From: Felis catus
Lineage: Eukaryota
Direction: 5' to 3'
Assembly (NCBI RefSeq): GCF_018350175.1
Contig: NC_058371.1
Span: 173,910,001 to 173,974,000, forward strand
Length of the DNA: 64,000 nt
The stretch's first letter is position 1; every line of letters begins with the position of its first letter. A program made the translations under genes and the position numbers. The notes beneath the pieces are model-generated. The model was not told the DNA's origin. It saw nothing but the letters and a program-made list of their open reading frames with translations, and ran no database searches. Below are positions 49,476-61,255 of the stretch, in pieces.

Positions 49476-51704
49476 GTTTGAAGACCGCAGTAATTTTCTA
49501 GTGTANNNNNNNNNNNNNNNNNNNNNNNNNNNNNNNNNNNNNNNNNNNNNNNNNNNNNNNNNNNNNNNNNNNNNNNNNNNNNNNNNNNNNNNNNNNNNNN
49601 NNNNNNNNNNNNNNNNNNNNNNNNNNNNNNNNNNNNNNNNNNNNNATTCAAGTCACTTGTTAAACTCTATTGGCTGTTACATAGAATATTCACACACTAC
49701 ATTTAATCCATCTAGGCATTTAATTCTTAGAAATGTGTGGCATGGCGGTCCAGCTGATCGTGACAGGAATAGGAATGTGTTGCCTCAGAAGGCAATTGAC
49801 TCATATAATCAACTTCAGGTGATTTCTACGTGGACTGGGCCTTCTCTGGGCTACCCCCTTTCTGGCTGCTAGCTAGACCGGGAGGAATATACTGAAAAAA
49901 AGTCTTTCACCACGGAGTAGGGTGTTTATATCTGAATCCCATCTCTGTATGCTTATGTGTCAAACTGCTTTCCAAAGTGAAATGCAGTGAGCTTGGATTC
50001 CCTGTGGATCAGATCACTGCTTCTCCCACTAGCAAAAACAGTCAAGACGTCCCTACCTTTTTTTCTCACACTGGTCCTCACCATTCCTTATATAACGACT
50101 AGAGCAGAAGCTATCACTACCTTTGTTTTGCCGTTTACAAAAACAGTATAGCAGAGAGGCTAAAGATCTGTCTAGGCATACGCGGCGAGTTCCTGGTAGA
50201 GCTGGGCTGACAGCGCATCGTTTCCTTGGCCATTATCCTGCTGACACGCGTCACTGCTGTCACTTCCGAGCCAAACCAGACCCCCGCTACTGACAGACAC
50301 CCTTCGCACAGTCGTCCGAGGACATGCCATGTGGAGGATATGGAAGGAAGAAAATCACTTTCCCTCTTTGGAGACGTGATTATTTTCTTTTAAATAAGTG
50401 AAGTCGTGTTTAAAAAGTGTTTGATACCATTTCACAGCTTCTGCTTTGAATGGGTGCGATTATAAAAGAGCCCCAAAGAGCCCTTGAGCAGAAAAAGGCT
50501 GACAGAGGGAGAAGCATACATAGAGTGTGGGGAAGTAAGAAAGTGATTACAAACAGGGACAATCAGGAACTTTTGGACACCCTTAAGATTTATGGAATAT
50601 TTTAGCACAAAGACAGGCATATTCAGTTGTCCCCGAGTATTTGGTCATCTATCTGCGTTTTACACAGGAAAGAGGAGGAATAAGAATAAGGCAAATGTCA
50701 TCAGTGTTTCATAAGACGGCGTGTCGAGAAAGCTTTCTTTCTGGTAGGATTTACTGCAGGGATTTAGGAACTAGCGTATGCTTCCATAGAACTAACCGAG
50801 CAGCACAGGCTTGTGTTAGTACAAGGATGGAAATGAACAGATGTCTTGACCCAATCTGTGATGCCCTCTCTGTAATTCCTCTTTACATCTGGCACAAATA
50901 GGCATTCCAAAAAGACACGAGAAGATGGCGCGTCCTTATTCAATGTGTTCTCTTGCAGCCCAGGAAGTCGTTTAAAAATCATTATGTTCCATGACAGGGA
51001 AGCCCTTGCGTGCAACTGTCCCAGCTGTGTCTTAATGAAGACCGACTCTGCGTGTTCGGTAGCCCTAGGATAGTGGTTAACTTAGTGCTCGTGCTCAGTA
51101 CAATTTGTGGCCCCACGTTTCACGGCCTTTCCCTTGGGACACTGGGAGTACACTGGGGGCGTTTTGTTACGTTATTTTGCACCTCTGACCTCCCATCCAC
51201 AGACTGGGTTTACACAGTTGTCAGGCTGGTAAAATGTAAGGAGAGATTAAGGCTCTGTTTACTTACGGCCACACAATCGTTGACGTTCACAGCTCCCAAC
51301 GATTTCTGTAGAACTAACCCCAGTCCGAGCAGTCTGTTTATAGTTCTAGCCTCTGTCATCTGAACTCGTGGTGTGGGTTCTGCGGCTGCTTCCCACACAG
51401 CTGATTTAAAAAATATTCCCCTGACTTTCAGTTGATGTAGCTGATTAAACACCATTTTGAGACATTCTCGGTCAAGACTTCATTCCCGGATTAATTTTGA
51501 CACCCCCCCCCCAAAAAAAAGAAGAGCAAATTCCAAACCAGTTCCACATTTCTGTGCCTTTGTCAAGCACGTCAACACCAGCACTTCAGTATCTGTCCTG
51601 TCTTTCAAGAAATGAGTAGTTTATCATTTGGGATACAGAAGATACTTTTTTCCCCCCTTTTGTATGTGTATCGTTCATGTCTGCTGAGCAGGAAAAGCGT
51701 TGTG
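49420..51704 (-). other. NWD2: NWD2 3'UTR (~2.3 kb)
   Basis: Sequence with no recognisable repeats, running from the stop codon to a poly(A) signal in canonical context. Confidence 0.75.
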
Positions 51705-54700
51705 TCAGTTGTCGGGGGCATAGCTGTGGCCCCTGGATTCCAGGGCGGAGCACCCGCGGTCACAGCAGGGATTGTGTTTCTTGGAGGGTGTCGCCTCATT
51801 GGGCTCAGTGGAGTCGCTCACCGTGATGGGACTGTCTCTGGCAAAGACCTCAGTAGACTCTCTCCATAAGCAATCCACAGACACTTTGAAACAGTAACTG
51901 CTACACTTCGGCCGGGAGGCCTGTGTCGCATTGTTGAAAATCTGCCTGCTATTTGACGTGGCGATCTTGATTTTCAGTGCAGCATCCACACGGTCGACCA
52001 CTGTGTATATCCCTATACTGCCATCATCAAAACCCACTATGATGTTCAGGTGCCTCTGTGAGAGGGCGAGAAAAGTTGGCGTTTTGTAAAGGGAACAAGC
52101 ACCGATAATTTTGCCGTCAGCCAGCCTCATTACAATCAAACTGGATATCACGCCGTTCTCGTCCTCTTCCTCCCCGTTTCGGAAACAAATGTATACCAGG
52201 TAGCGACCATCTCGAGACAGCCTTTGCCGCCAGATGACCCCAGAGGCGTGAACCACCCGTAACTTACCGCTGTGTAAATCCAGTACGTTGATATTGTCGT
52301 CTCCCCTGGATATAATGCCTAGCTTTCCGTTGGGAGAAATTTCGAAATCCTCCAGATTCTTCAAGAAGTTGTTGGGAAGCTGCACACGGCGACAGATCAC
52401 CTCATCGGTCAGACTCCAGATATTCACGGTCTCGGCCGATGTGATAAACACAATGATGTCAGGACAGTCAGGGATCAATTTAAAACTTACAATGGTCGTG
52501 CCGTCTTCACAACAAAATTTCTTGGTGATGCTTCCGGTCCAGAGACTGACCGCCAGCACTTTGCTTTTGGTCATTCCCACCACGAAGGTATTCGCTGAGG
52601 TGATAAAGGCATTCTGCAAAGTGGTCAAAATGTTGCAGACCCTGTGGCCTGTGGCCAGTCTCCAAACCCTGGAGGCATTTTCCTCACACAGAGAGACCAC
52701 AAACTGGTCATTGTGTGTAATTAGCAGCTGAGATATTCTCTGCCCGTTAATTCGGAAGAGGTTTTCGCCACTGCTGGTGTGCCAGACATACTGGCTGCTT
52801 TTGTCATCTGAGGTCACCATTACATCTCCAGAGGATGTCAACACGCAGTGTTCGACTATTCCTTCATGCTTAAACACTGCTTCAAGGAACCCACTGCTGA
52901 AATTCCACTTATGGACACAATCAGAGCCATCGAGGGAATAAATGATTTCCCCTCTAGCAGGTAACACCAGGCTTTGGATGGGCTTCCCAGTCTTATCTAT
53001 GTTGGACATAGCCGTGATTATATCTATATCCCAGATGGAAAGAACACCACTGGTTGATAAAGATAGCAGCATGTTGTGGTGACTAGATTTCACCAACTTG
53101 ACGATGGTCCCTGAGATTTCCTGTAAGCTTGCCATACATTGTCCCGTGTCCCGCCTCCAAAAAAACACAGCTGAGGTATTTTCCATGGTCGCGATGATGC
53201 AGTCTCCATTCTTGGACAGCACAGCAGATATAAAGCGTTCATTGTGCTTAGCTCTGAACTTTTCAGCCACCTTCCACATGCCAGTATCTAAGAGCTCGAT
53301 GCTGAGGGCTTTACAGATCAGAATTGCGTTTTGGTCCTCTGAAAGTTCAATGCTGACCACCTCGCTGTCTTCTCTTCTGCAGTCAAAGTCGTCAGTCAGC
53401 TGGGGACTGGAAATGTCCTCAGTATTCCAAACAGAAAGGCTTCCCTCACTATCTACCATTACCATTTCTTGAGCCGTGTCCAAGATAAGAAGAAACTTCA
53501 CAAACCCACCCGAAAATTCAGATGTCACTGTACATAACTTTTCTCCACTCCCTAAATGAAATATGGTAGTGGTGTTCAGGTACTGTCCACAGAAAGCATA
53601 CATGCCATCCAGAGAGCACTGGACACAGGTCACTTCGTACCAGCAGTGGAACTGGTAAAGGGGCCATCCGTAGAGCAGATCGATGACAGTGACATCTTTG
53701 CTGGCTTCAAGCCACGCAAGGGCGTGGTTGACCGACAGGGTAAATCCATTGATGTAGGTGGAGCCGCTTCCGTGCTTGGTCCCTTTGATTTCCACTTCAG
53801 ACAGAAGACAAGAATTCACATTGTCATAAACCAACAAGGTGTTATTTGTCGTAGCCACCACAAGATACTTCTCGTCACTGGTGAGTTTCATGCCCAGGAT
53901 GACAGACTGGGCCGTGGTGATTTGCCTGAGCAGCTGACGAGTTTCCACATCCCACGTGCTGATGGAACCATTTTCTAAAGCTGCAAGGACAGTACTCGGG
54001 TTACAGGTGGGCAGAATCTCGGTGACATGCAGGTGACTAGATGACAAAGGAAGACGCTCCGGGCTATATGTCACGTCCATGGATGAATGTAACGGCACAA
54101 TGGAGCAATATTTGGGCCCGTCTTTGTCACATTCTAAAAGGAGGTGTCTAAGTTTGGGCAGGGAACTCACGACAGGCAGCAGTCTTTGCTGAAGCTCTGC
54201 TGAAAGGGAGCCCGGAAATGCAGTGACCTTGTTTTTGATGCCACGGAGAGTGCTCGCCAGGAACTTCAGCTCCTTCTCTTGAGAGTAGGTGTAAGCCAGC
54301 TCGATGTCTGAAAGCACTTTGTCGAACTGGCCGATTTTGATCATGGTGTAAAGCCAGCTGAAGTTCATGATGATTCCGTAAAGCAGATCTTCGGTTTTTC
54401 CACACCTTGTCAGGTGGTGCAAGAGCTCAGACATTTTCCGATGATTGACGAAANNNNNNNNNNNNNNNNNNNNNNNNNNNNNNNNNNNNNNNNNNNNNNN
54501 NNNNNNNNNNNNNNNNNNNNNNNNNNNNNNNNNNNNNNNNNNNNNNNNNNNNNNNNNNNNNNNNNNNNNNNNNNNNNNNNNNNNNNNNNNNNNNNNNNNN
54601 NNNNNNNNNAAAGCTTTCCTCCTGCCCCCTGACCAGACCCCCAGGAAGTAGTCTGCCAGGTTGGTGTGCATTTCACGCAGGTCACTGTCGTCCTGCAGAT

Positions 54701-55637
54701 ACAACTTCTGGGCTATGAGCTGCAGGTGTCTGTTGGCCCAGACCAGGAGTGTGACGTTCTTCACGTGTCTTTCTATCAAGTATCCGCTGAGACCCTCCTT
54801 GAGCCTTGCGATGTACAGATAAGGTACTCTCAGGGGATTGCTGGGCCTAGCGTTCTCATTGAGCTCATTCATGACACTGTTGTCTAGGGCCAACACATCC
54901 TCCAGTTCCATTTCACTCAAACCCATTTTGGCCATGGTGATGTAACCAAGAGCCCTAGAGACCAGTTTCTGACCACACTTCTTTTCCAAGGACCAGAATA
55001 GCTGCTCAATACTTTCATGAACGGTGACACAGAGGGAGGATTCATCGACGTCTTTATGAGATCTCCAGTGCCTCACCTCCCTGAAGGTCAGGTTCACAAA
55101 CATGGGCAGCGTGCACTTGGAGAATGCGTTGTTCACATAAATCTGCTGGCCTGATGTGACCTTCCTTTTGACCCGCAGCAGCTGGTGTTTGAGGACCTGG
55201 CTGCACATCTTCCTGTCCCGGGGAATCAGCTCGATGTAGTTGGCTTCTTCGTGGATAAGGCACCTCAGTTTCTGTAAGATTCCATGTCTGTTGGGCAGTG
55301 TGGACAGGACTATTCGAACAAAGCGGGGAAGGTGAGCTGGGAGCCACCAAAGCTTCCTGGCCTCATCACCCTCTGAGAGCTGCTCTAGGGCATCGAATAT
55401 TATTACTAGAGGTCTCTGCAATGAAGACTCATTCAAAAGGTTTATAAATAAGTCACGAAGGTCATGGATTTTCTTAGGATAGCTTTGAACCAGACAACGG
55501 TAGTTAACTGCCAATTGTTCACAAACGCTTAGAAGGAGAGTCTTAAGGTCAGTACTCATGTCTGTGCTTCCTAGAAATCTCACGACGACTACTGGGTCAG
55601 ATTCTGGTCCTGTGTCTTCATGTAGCCAGCCATAAGC
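51705..55637 (-). CDS. NWD2: NWD2 terminal coding exon (rest of NACHT domain, helical region, WD40 repeats, stop)
   Basis: The 1292-aa ORF extends upstream to an acceptor ttttag|GCTTATGGC at 55637, adding AYGWLHEDTGPESDPVVV. Contains a Walker B-like LVIIFDALEQL and many WD-type ends (ISTWD, LSVWN, LSIWD, VHKWN, VNIWS). TGA at 51705-51707. 3933 nt = 1310 aa + stop; the internal 156-nt N-run keeps frame. Confidence 0.96.
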   Translation of the reverse strand, partial: AYGWLHEDTGPESDPVVVVRFLGSTDMSTDLKTLLLSVCEQLAVNYRCLVQSYPKKIHDLRDLFINLLNESSLQRPLVIIFDALEQLSEGDEARKLWWLPAHLPRFVRIVLSTLPNRHGILQKLRCLIHEEANYIELIPRDRKMCSQVLKHQLLRVKRKVTSGQQIYVNNAFSKCTLPMFVNLTFREVRHWRSHKDVDESSLCVTVHESIEQLFWSLEKKCGQKLVSRALGYITMAKMGLSEMELEDVLALDNSVMNELNENARPSNPLRVPYLYIARLKEGLSGYLIERHVKNVTLLVWANRHLQLIAQKLYLQDDSDLREMHTNLADYFLGVWSGGRRKAXXXXXXXXXXXXXXXXXXXXXXXXXXXXXXXXXXXXXXXXXXXXXXXXXXXXXFVNHRKMSELLHHLTRCGKTEDLLYGIIMNFSWLYTMIKIGQFDKVLSDIELAYTYSQEKELKFLASTLRGIKNKVTAFPGSLSAELQQRLLPVVSSLPKLRHLLLECDKDGPKYCSIVPLHSSMDVTYSPERLPLSSSHLHVTEILPTCNPSTVLAALENGSISTWDVETRQLLRQITTAQSVILGMKLTSDEKYLVVATTNNTLLVYDNVNSCLLSEVEIKGTKHGSGSTYINGFTLSVNHALAWLEASKDVTVIDLLYGWPLYQFHCWYEVTCVQCSLDGMYAFCGQYLNTTTIFHLGSGEKLCTVTSEFSGGFVKFLLILDTAQEMVMVDSEGSLSVWNTEDISSPQLTDDFDCRREDSEVVSIELSEDQNAILICKALSIELLDTGMWKVAEKFRAKHNERFISAVLSKNGDCIIATMENTSAVFFWRRDTGQCMASLQEISGTIVKLVKSSHHNMLLSLSTSGVLSIWDIDIITAMSNIDKTGKPIQSLVLPARGEIIYSLDGSDCVHKWNFSSGFLEAVFKHEGIVEHCVLTSSGDVMVTSDDKSSQYVWHTSSGENLFRINGQRISQLLITHNDQFVVSLCEENASRVWRLATGHRVCNILTTLQNAFITSANTFVVGMTKSKVLAVSLWTGSITKKFCCEDGTTIVSFKLIPDCPDIIVFITSAETVNIWSLTDEVICRRVQLPNNFLKNLEDFEISPNGKLGIISRGDDNINVLDLHSGKLRVVHASGVIWRQRLSRDGRYLVYICFRNGEEEDENGVISSLIVMRLADGKIIGACSLYKTPTFLALSQRHLNIIVGFDDGSIGIYTVVDRVDAALKIKIATSNSRQIFNNATQASRPKCSSYCFKVSVDCLWRESTEVFARDSPITVSDSTEPNEATPSKKHNPCCDRGCSALESRGHSYAPDN

Positions 55638-56234
55638 CTAAAACGTAAAGGTAGTGTTTAGAATGGTAATATATATTCACATATATGTACACGTATAACA
55701 CGTACAACAGCATTTCCTCTCTCCGGAGGTCAGACTGCTGGTAACCCTGACCATGCAGAGAGTGGCTTAGAACCAGGATACCTTCTGAGAAGATCAAAGA
55801 GCTGTCACAAAGCTCATGCACTAAAATCTATAGGTGAGACCCTCAGGATCACTGTACTGAGGTAATAAAATAGTGATAAAAGTATTATTCAATCACAAGG
55901 CAGCACTTAGCTTGTATTCTAAAAGTTACAAAGTATTTCACAAACAAAATCTGCATATCCAGTATGGTCAGTTTTTCATCACTGAATCCTATTTCCTGGA
56001 ATGGTTGTTGGCACACAGTAGGTGCTTAGTATTTGTTCAATGAATAGATTAAGTAGTGATTTACACATTATGCATCAGATATTTTCATTAATTGAGATCA
56101 CATATGGCTGATCAAATTCCTAGTTAATTAGAATGCAGTAAAAATAATACTGAGATACTGAATATAATCTTATATGATTCAGAGATACAGGGTCATCTTT
56201 ATGATTATTTATCACTGTCATAAAAATCTATATA

Positions 56235-56435
56235 GGGGTGCCTGGGTGGCTCAGTCAGTTGGGTGGCCGGCTTCAGCTCAGGTCATGATCTCGCGGTCTG
56301 TGGGTTTGAGCCCCTTGTCAGGCTCTGTGCTGGCAGCTCGGAGCCTGGAGCCTGCTTCCGATTCTGTGTCTCCCTCCCTCTCTGCCCCTCCCTTGCTTGC
56401 TCTCTGTCTCTTTCTCAAATAATAAACATTAAAAC
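56235..56435 (+). mobile_element. CanSINE (NWD2 last intron)
   Basis: TSD AAATCTATATA. Confidence 0.94.
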
Positions 56436-56905
56436 AAATCTATATAATGCTGGCTAAAATTTTGTTAAATTTTGCATTTTTATAACAGACAGCTTACCAT
56501 ATATAAACAGTTATCAGCCCTAGCATTATGTCTCTATAGGATAGATGGATTATAGTATCATTTTACAGCAGAGTAAACTGAGGCCCAGACTGTAGAAATG
56601 ACTTGCTCAGAGTTAAATGGTTACCAAGAGACAAAGCTGGAGTTATTTATTTTTTTCTCTTGAAATTGTAGAGTTAAGGAGATAACATATATAAGGGGGC
56701 TGCTAAGTTTAGTATTTCTCTGTCTGGAAAGGCAAAGACAAGAAGGGATATGATCAAAGTGTAAAACAGATTCCAAAGTCTATTTTTAGGGAAATAATGT
56801 CTTTTAGTAACCCTCGGAATTTACCGAGGATACTCCTTAGGAAACATATTTTATAAATGAGTAAGTAAGTTTATGAAACTTGGTTCCTCAAGATATATAG
56901 TTCAA

Positions 56906-57120
56906 GGCACCTGGGTGGTTCAGTCAGTTAAGCGTCCGACTTCAGCTCCAGGTCATGCTCTCATGAGTTTGAGCCCCACACCCAGCTCTGTGGGTTGTGC
57001 AGTGATAGTGTGGAGCCTGCTTGGGATTCTCTCCCTCTCCCTCTCCCTCTCTCTCTGCCCCTCCCCTACTTGCGCTCTCTTTCTCTGTCTCAAAATGAAT
57101 AAATTTAGGGGGGAAAAAAA
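56906..57120 (+). mobile_element. CanSINE (NWD2 last intron)
   Basis: SINE head, body and tail; degenerate TSD ..TAGTTCA. Confidence 0.9.
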
Positions 57121-57688
57121 GATCTAGTTCAGGTTAAGGTATGAGTAAGTTTGGAAAAAAGTATGGATGTCAGTTTCAGCATGAGCTGTTCAGGAAAAGA
57201 AGCAGTTTATTGTTTAGCCCCAACCTTTGAGGTTGATATGGAGGAAGATAATCCTGCCATCCTGCTACAACTGTCCTTCAGTGGCAAATCAGAGAACGCA
57301 GTATTTTGTCCCTCCATGGATTGCTTATGATGATTATGTGCATTGTCCTCTCTCCTACTAGTCATGCGTTGTTGAGAGTATGATATCTGTAGAGAGTGCC
57401 TCTCTGATCATGAGCTTGTGTCCATGGAAATGTTAGGCATGTAGGAGATAATCTCGAGATAAACACAAGATGTCTGTCTGCATCCTGACAAGGGACATGA
57501 AGTCACAAATAGAGCACAGGTTGTCATCGGCGGGACAGACATTCCCCAGGAGAGAGGCGAGTGGAGCAGAGGCAGTGGACGTAGAAACAGGTAAGGCTTC
57601 CTGTGGCACCAGGGTCCTGGACTGTGAGTAGACACACTGGTGGCTGAACAAAACGTCCAGAAGAATGAGAGCTCAGAAAACCATTTCT

Positions 57689-57904
57689 CGGGGCACCTGG
57701 GTGGTGCAGTTGGTTCAGTGTCCAACTTTGGCTCAGGTCATGGTCTCGCGGTTCGTGGGTTCAAGTCTTGCATCGTGCTCTGTGCTGACAGCTCAGAGCC
57801 TGGAGCCTGCTTTGGATTCTGTGTCTCCTCTCTTTCTGCCCCTCCCCTACTTGCTCTCTCTCTCTCTCTCTCTCTCAAAAATAAGTAAACATTAAAAACA
57901 AAAC
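57689..57904 (+). mobile_element. CanSINE (NWD2 last intron)
   Basis: TSD AAAAC(C)ATTTCTC. Confidence 0.93.
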
Positions 57905-58425
57905 AAAACATTTCTCAAGTTGACCAACTCAACTGTCACCACACTCTGCCCCTGGGGAGACTGTTTATCTCTACAGGCGCATCAGCACATCCTTCACAGT
58001 TCTTTACCTCCTGGGCTACAGCACGCACAGTTGCATCCCATGCACATTTAATATAGTCGAGTCCAACAACATTTGTCCCTTCAACCACCTCACCCTTCCC
58101 TCTTCCAGAGTAAAAGAGCCCTCAAGTGAACGTGAAATGGTGTACATGGTGGTTTTCTCCTTGGATTTCAGCTGCTATGTGCTCCTCGTAGCGTTGCTGT
58201 CTTGCTTACTTGGAACAACTCTAAAGTTTGAAGGTTCACATACAAATTAGTATTCAAACATACATGCACACAAAACTTACTTTGACGCAGCATGGGTCTT
58301 AAATGCAAGCCTGCCACTGCTTTTGGTGTTCAATTAGAAAAGAACTATGTCATTTAACGCTAGAGGAAAAACCAGCAGCTGAGCTTGGCATATTAAGAAA
58401 TGGCAAATTAACTTTCCTAAGGGCT

Positions 58426-58630
58426 TTTTAAAAAAATGTTCATTTATTTTGAGAGAGAGAGATTGAGAGGGAGGGTGCGTGCGGATGAGCTGGGAGAGGG
58501 AGAAAGAGAACCCTTAGCAGGTGCCACGCTGTCAGTGGGAGCCTGACTCAGGGCTCGATCTCATCTGAGATCATGTCCTGAGCCCAAGTCAAGAGTTGGA
58601 CACTTAAACCACTGAGCCACCCAGGCGCTC
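58426..58630 (-). mobile_element. CanSINE (NWD2 last intron)
   Basis: Reverse SINE ending CACCCAGGCGC. Confidence 0.88.
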
Positions 58631-60318
58631 CTCCTGAAGACTTTTTAAGAGTAAGCTTATGCACCTGATTTTTGCCGGCGTGCTTACTCAGGAAACTAAT
58701 CTCGATATAAGTTGGAACACAACTTTCCCTGCTCTTGTCCTCAAGATGACCTGCCTGAGATTGTGTAGCATGTGACAGATGACAAGGGTGTTTTGTGAAG
58801 GTGAAGGAAGCTGTGTTCTCGGGAGAGTAACCACAGGAACGACAGTATAGGGACGCTGAAGTAATGCCAGGATAACGTAGACCATCAGGCTTGGAGAGCA
58901 AGTGCACAGGAGCTCAAAATGGAACTAGTTTCGTCCAGTTTAGACTGACATGCCAAGACAATAGACACCGCATTCCAGAGTGAGGTTCCAGACCATCATG
59001 CAAGATTTGTAAGGGACTTGTGAAAACCAGTTTTGCTGCCTTTAGAGGACTACTCACCTTCAGCCTAAAGAGGCGTTTCAAGAGGCCAAGAAAAACACTG
59101 GAGGTTAGGGTGCTGGGGGGGCATATCTATGACCACTCACTCCCAAAGGGGAGGGCTGAGAGATGTCGCCACTTCTCGCCCAGGGAAAGGGGCAGTGATG
59201 AACCACTTATGGGGTGTCCCCCAGAGCTGGGGAGACAGATGTCATTAGGTGCCTGAGAAATATGGAGGTTGACTGACAAGACTGGCTAGCTGCTCGGATG
59301 GAGGAGTGATGGAGAGCTGCTGTATTGCAACTGGAGTTTCACAGGGCGAAAAGTACCTGCGTGTCCCCCATGGGTCAGATATGGGCCACTGGCAAGACTG
59401 AGCTGACAGAGGTTTTGGTTGGTTCTGTTTGCCCCAGGTCCTGTCCAAGGGAGCTTGTTGGGCCATGGACCTTGGTAGAAAGGTATTAGAAGTGTGGCTG
59501 CATGTCCAGGAGCCATGGAAGTGACCAGGTGGAAAAAAAATGCATCATCCTGTGTTTAGGGAACTGTAGGTAAGATGCCCAGCGAGTACAGGTCAAGGGA
59601 TGTGGGAGGGAAAGGACATCCAGGAAACTAGAAAAAGGCCTCAGAAGAAATAGGAGGCAGCTTTGTAAGCACCTGCCAAGACTAGAGAGGGTGGAACCCA
59701 ATATTCAGAACAGTACCGGTCACGTAAGAACTTTCTGGCCACCTTACCTTTCCTATATCCCCGAAGCCGCAACCCTATAGGAGTCACAGCCCTACAAGGG
59801 TCTAGTGCTTGAGGTTAGGGATGGAGGGGAAGAAGTACTATGTGGTGAAAGAAGGAGAAGACAATCACATCCCCACTTCCCACAGCAGGTGCCATGCTTA
59901 CAGTGAGCCCCAGCTGCGGGAGAGAAATATAAACTCAAGTTTTAATTATCACCTTAGACTGGACATATTTAATTTCTGAACTGAGAATGACTCAGTGTCC
60001 AGAGTGACTGGAGGGCTTGTCTGTGGTGATAGAAGTGACAGGAGCTGTGAGATCTGCCCTGGTTTCCATCCAAATGGGAATGAGCCCCACAACATGAGTT
60101 TGACCAAAGAGAGAAAAAAATGAAGCTGTTGTCTAACTGCACCCGATGTGCCTTATTCTTTCACTCTGACTGTTACACCAGCATAAGAGAGACACTGAAG
60201 TATCCATTCCACAAAGACGAAAAAAATTCACAGAAAATGGAAATGACCGTGATCAACTTATCTTCTCTGCAAAGTAAAAGATTGTTACAAACAAGCAGGT
60301 GAAAGAATAGGTTTTTAC

Positions 60319-60908
60319 CTTCTTTGCCACCTCAGCCAGCAGGAGGGTCTTCCCGGTACATGGTCCGCCGTAAATGACGAGAGGGTTGATGTGCCCAGTT
60401 TTGCTCGGAAGAACATATTTATGCACTATGTTGAGAGACTCACATTTGTACTCATAGAAGGAGGCGTATGTCTTACATAATGACGAATGCTGGAGGATTT
60501 CATCGTAGAGCGTGTCAGTTTCAGTGTCAAAATTCTGTTGAACGGTTGCCTGAATTATATCGATCATGTCCTCATAAAATTGCTTACCGAGTCCTTCTAT
60601 GTAATGATTTTCTATTTCTTGGGAATATCCCAGTTTCATGTCGCAATGAGTAACCGACGTGTACACTCTCAGATTAGATGACGCAACAATAGTAGGAATA
60701 AATTCATCCCTGAGTTTTATCAGCTTCTCTTGGGCTTCTGCGTCCCGCATAATCCTTGGTTCTGCTCCAGTTATATCCATGTACTTTCCCATCTCTGGGA
60801 TTTTCACAAAACGTTCAATGTTAGCAATTTTCCGAATGTAGCAGACACACTTCTTTAGGAATGCTGGAGTTTGCTTTCCTAGAGCAAAGTCAAACTCGTC
60901 CTCTATCG
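60319..60908 (-). CDS. NWD2: NWD2 penultimate coding exon (590 nt; includes Walker A GGPCTGKT)
   Basis: Acceptor ttctttcag|CGATAGAG at 60908 and donor AAG|gtaaaa at 60319. Translates (A)IEDEFDFALGKQ...LVIYGGPCTGKTLLLAEVAKK and ends in phase 0, joining the terminal exon in frame. No further upstream exon was found, so these presumably lie beyond 64000. Confidence 0.95.
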
Positions 60909-61096
60909 CTGAAAGAAAACATGGCACGGGGTTTATTGTCTAGAGCAAAGGAGCGGTGGGCCTGCACCCCCAGTACTTATCTCTCTAGTTGCTGGGGGAG
61001 ACTCTTTAGCTTGCAGTGTGGAGCAGAGTTGTCTGTAGATTACTCTCTTGACTCCTTAATTTCCTATCTGCCTTTTCCTAAACAGCTGGGAACCTA

Positions 61097-61217
61097 GGGG
61101 CACCTAGGGAGTTCAAGCCCTGCATTGGGTTCTGCGCTGTCAGCGTGGAGCCTGCTTCAGCTCCTTTCTCTCCCTCTCTTTGCCCCTCCCCCTTGCATGC
61201 ACACACATGTGCATGTG

Positions 61218-61255
<38 letters not shown>

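Noticed and set aside
30049-50932. Partial CTCF/YY1-like motifs at ~30049, ~33228, ~45228 and ~50918
   Set aside because: Each mismatches the core, and none can be supported without PWM scoring or ChIP data.
52288-54887. Plus-strand ORFs (147, 124, 140, 73 aa) opposite NWD2
   Set aside because: Antisense shadows of a long coding exon, with no independent signals.
59000-60115. Purine-rich block in the last NWD2 intron resembling an ancient LTR
   Set aside because: Could not identify termini, TSD or family with confidence.
60253-60927. ORF-track ends MPCFLS and VKTYSFTCLFV... around the NWD2 exon, and the start at 55583
   Set aside because: Intronic read-through or an internal GTG; the splice sites define 60319-60908 and 55637.
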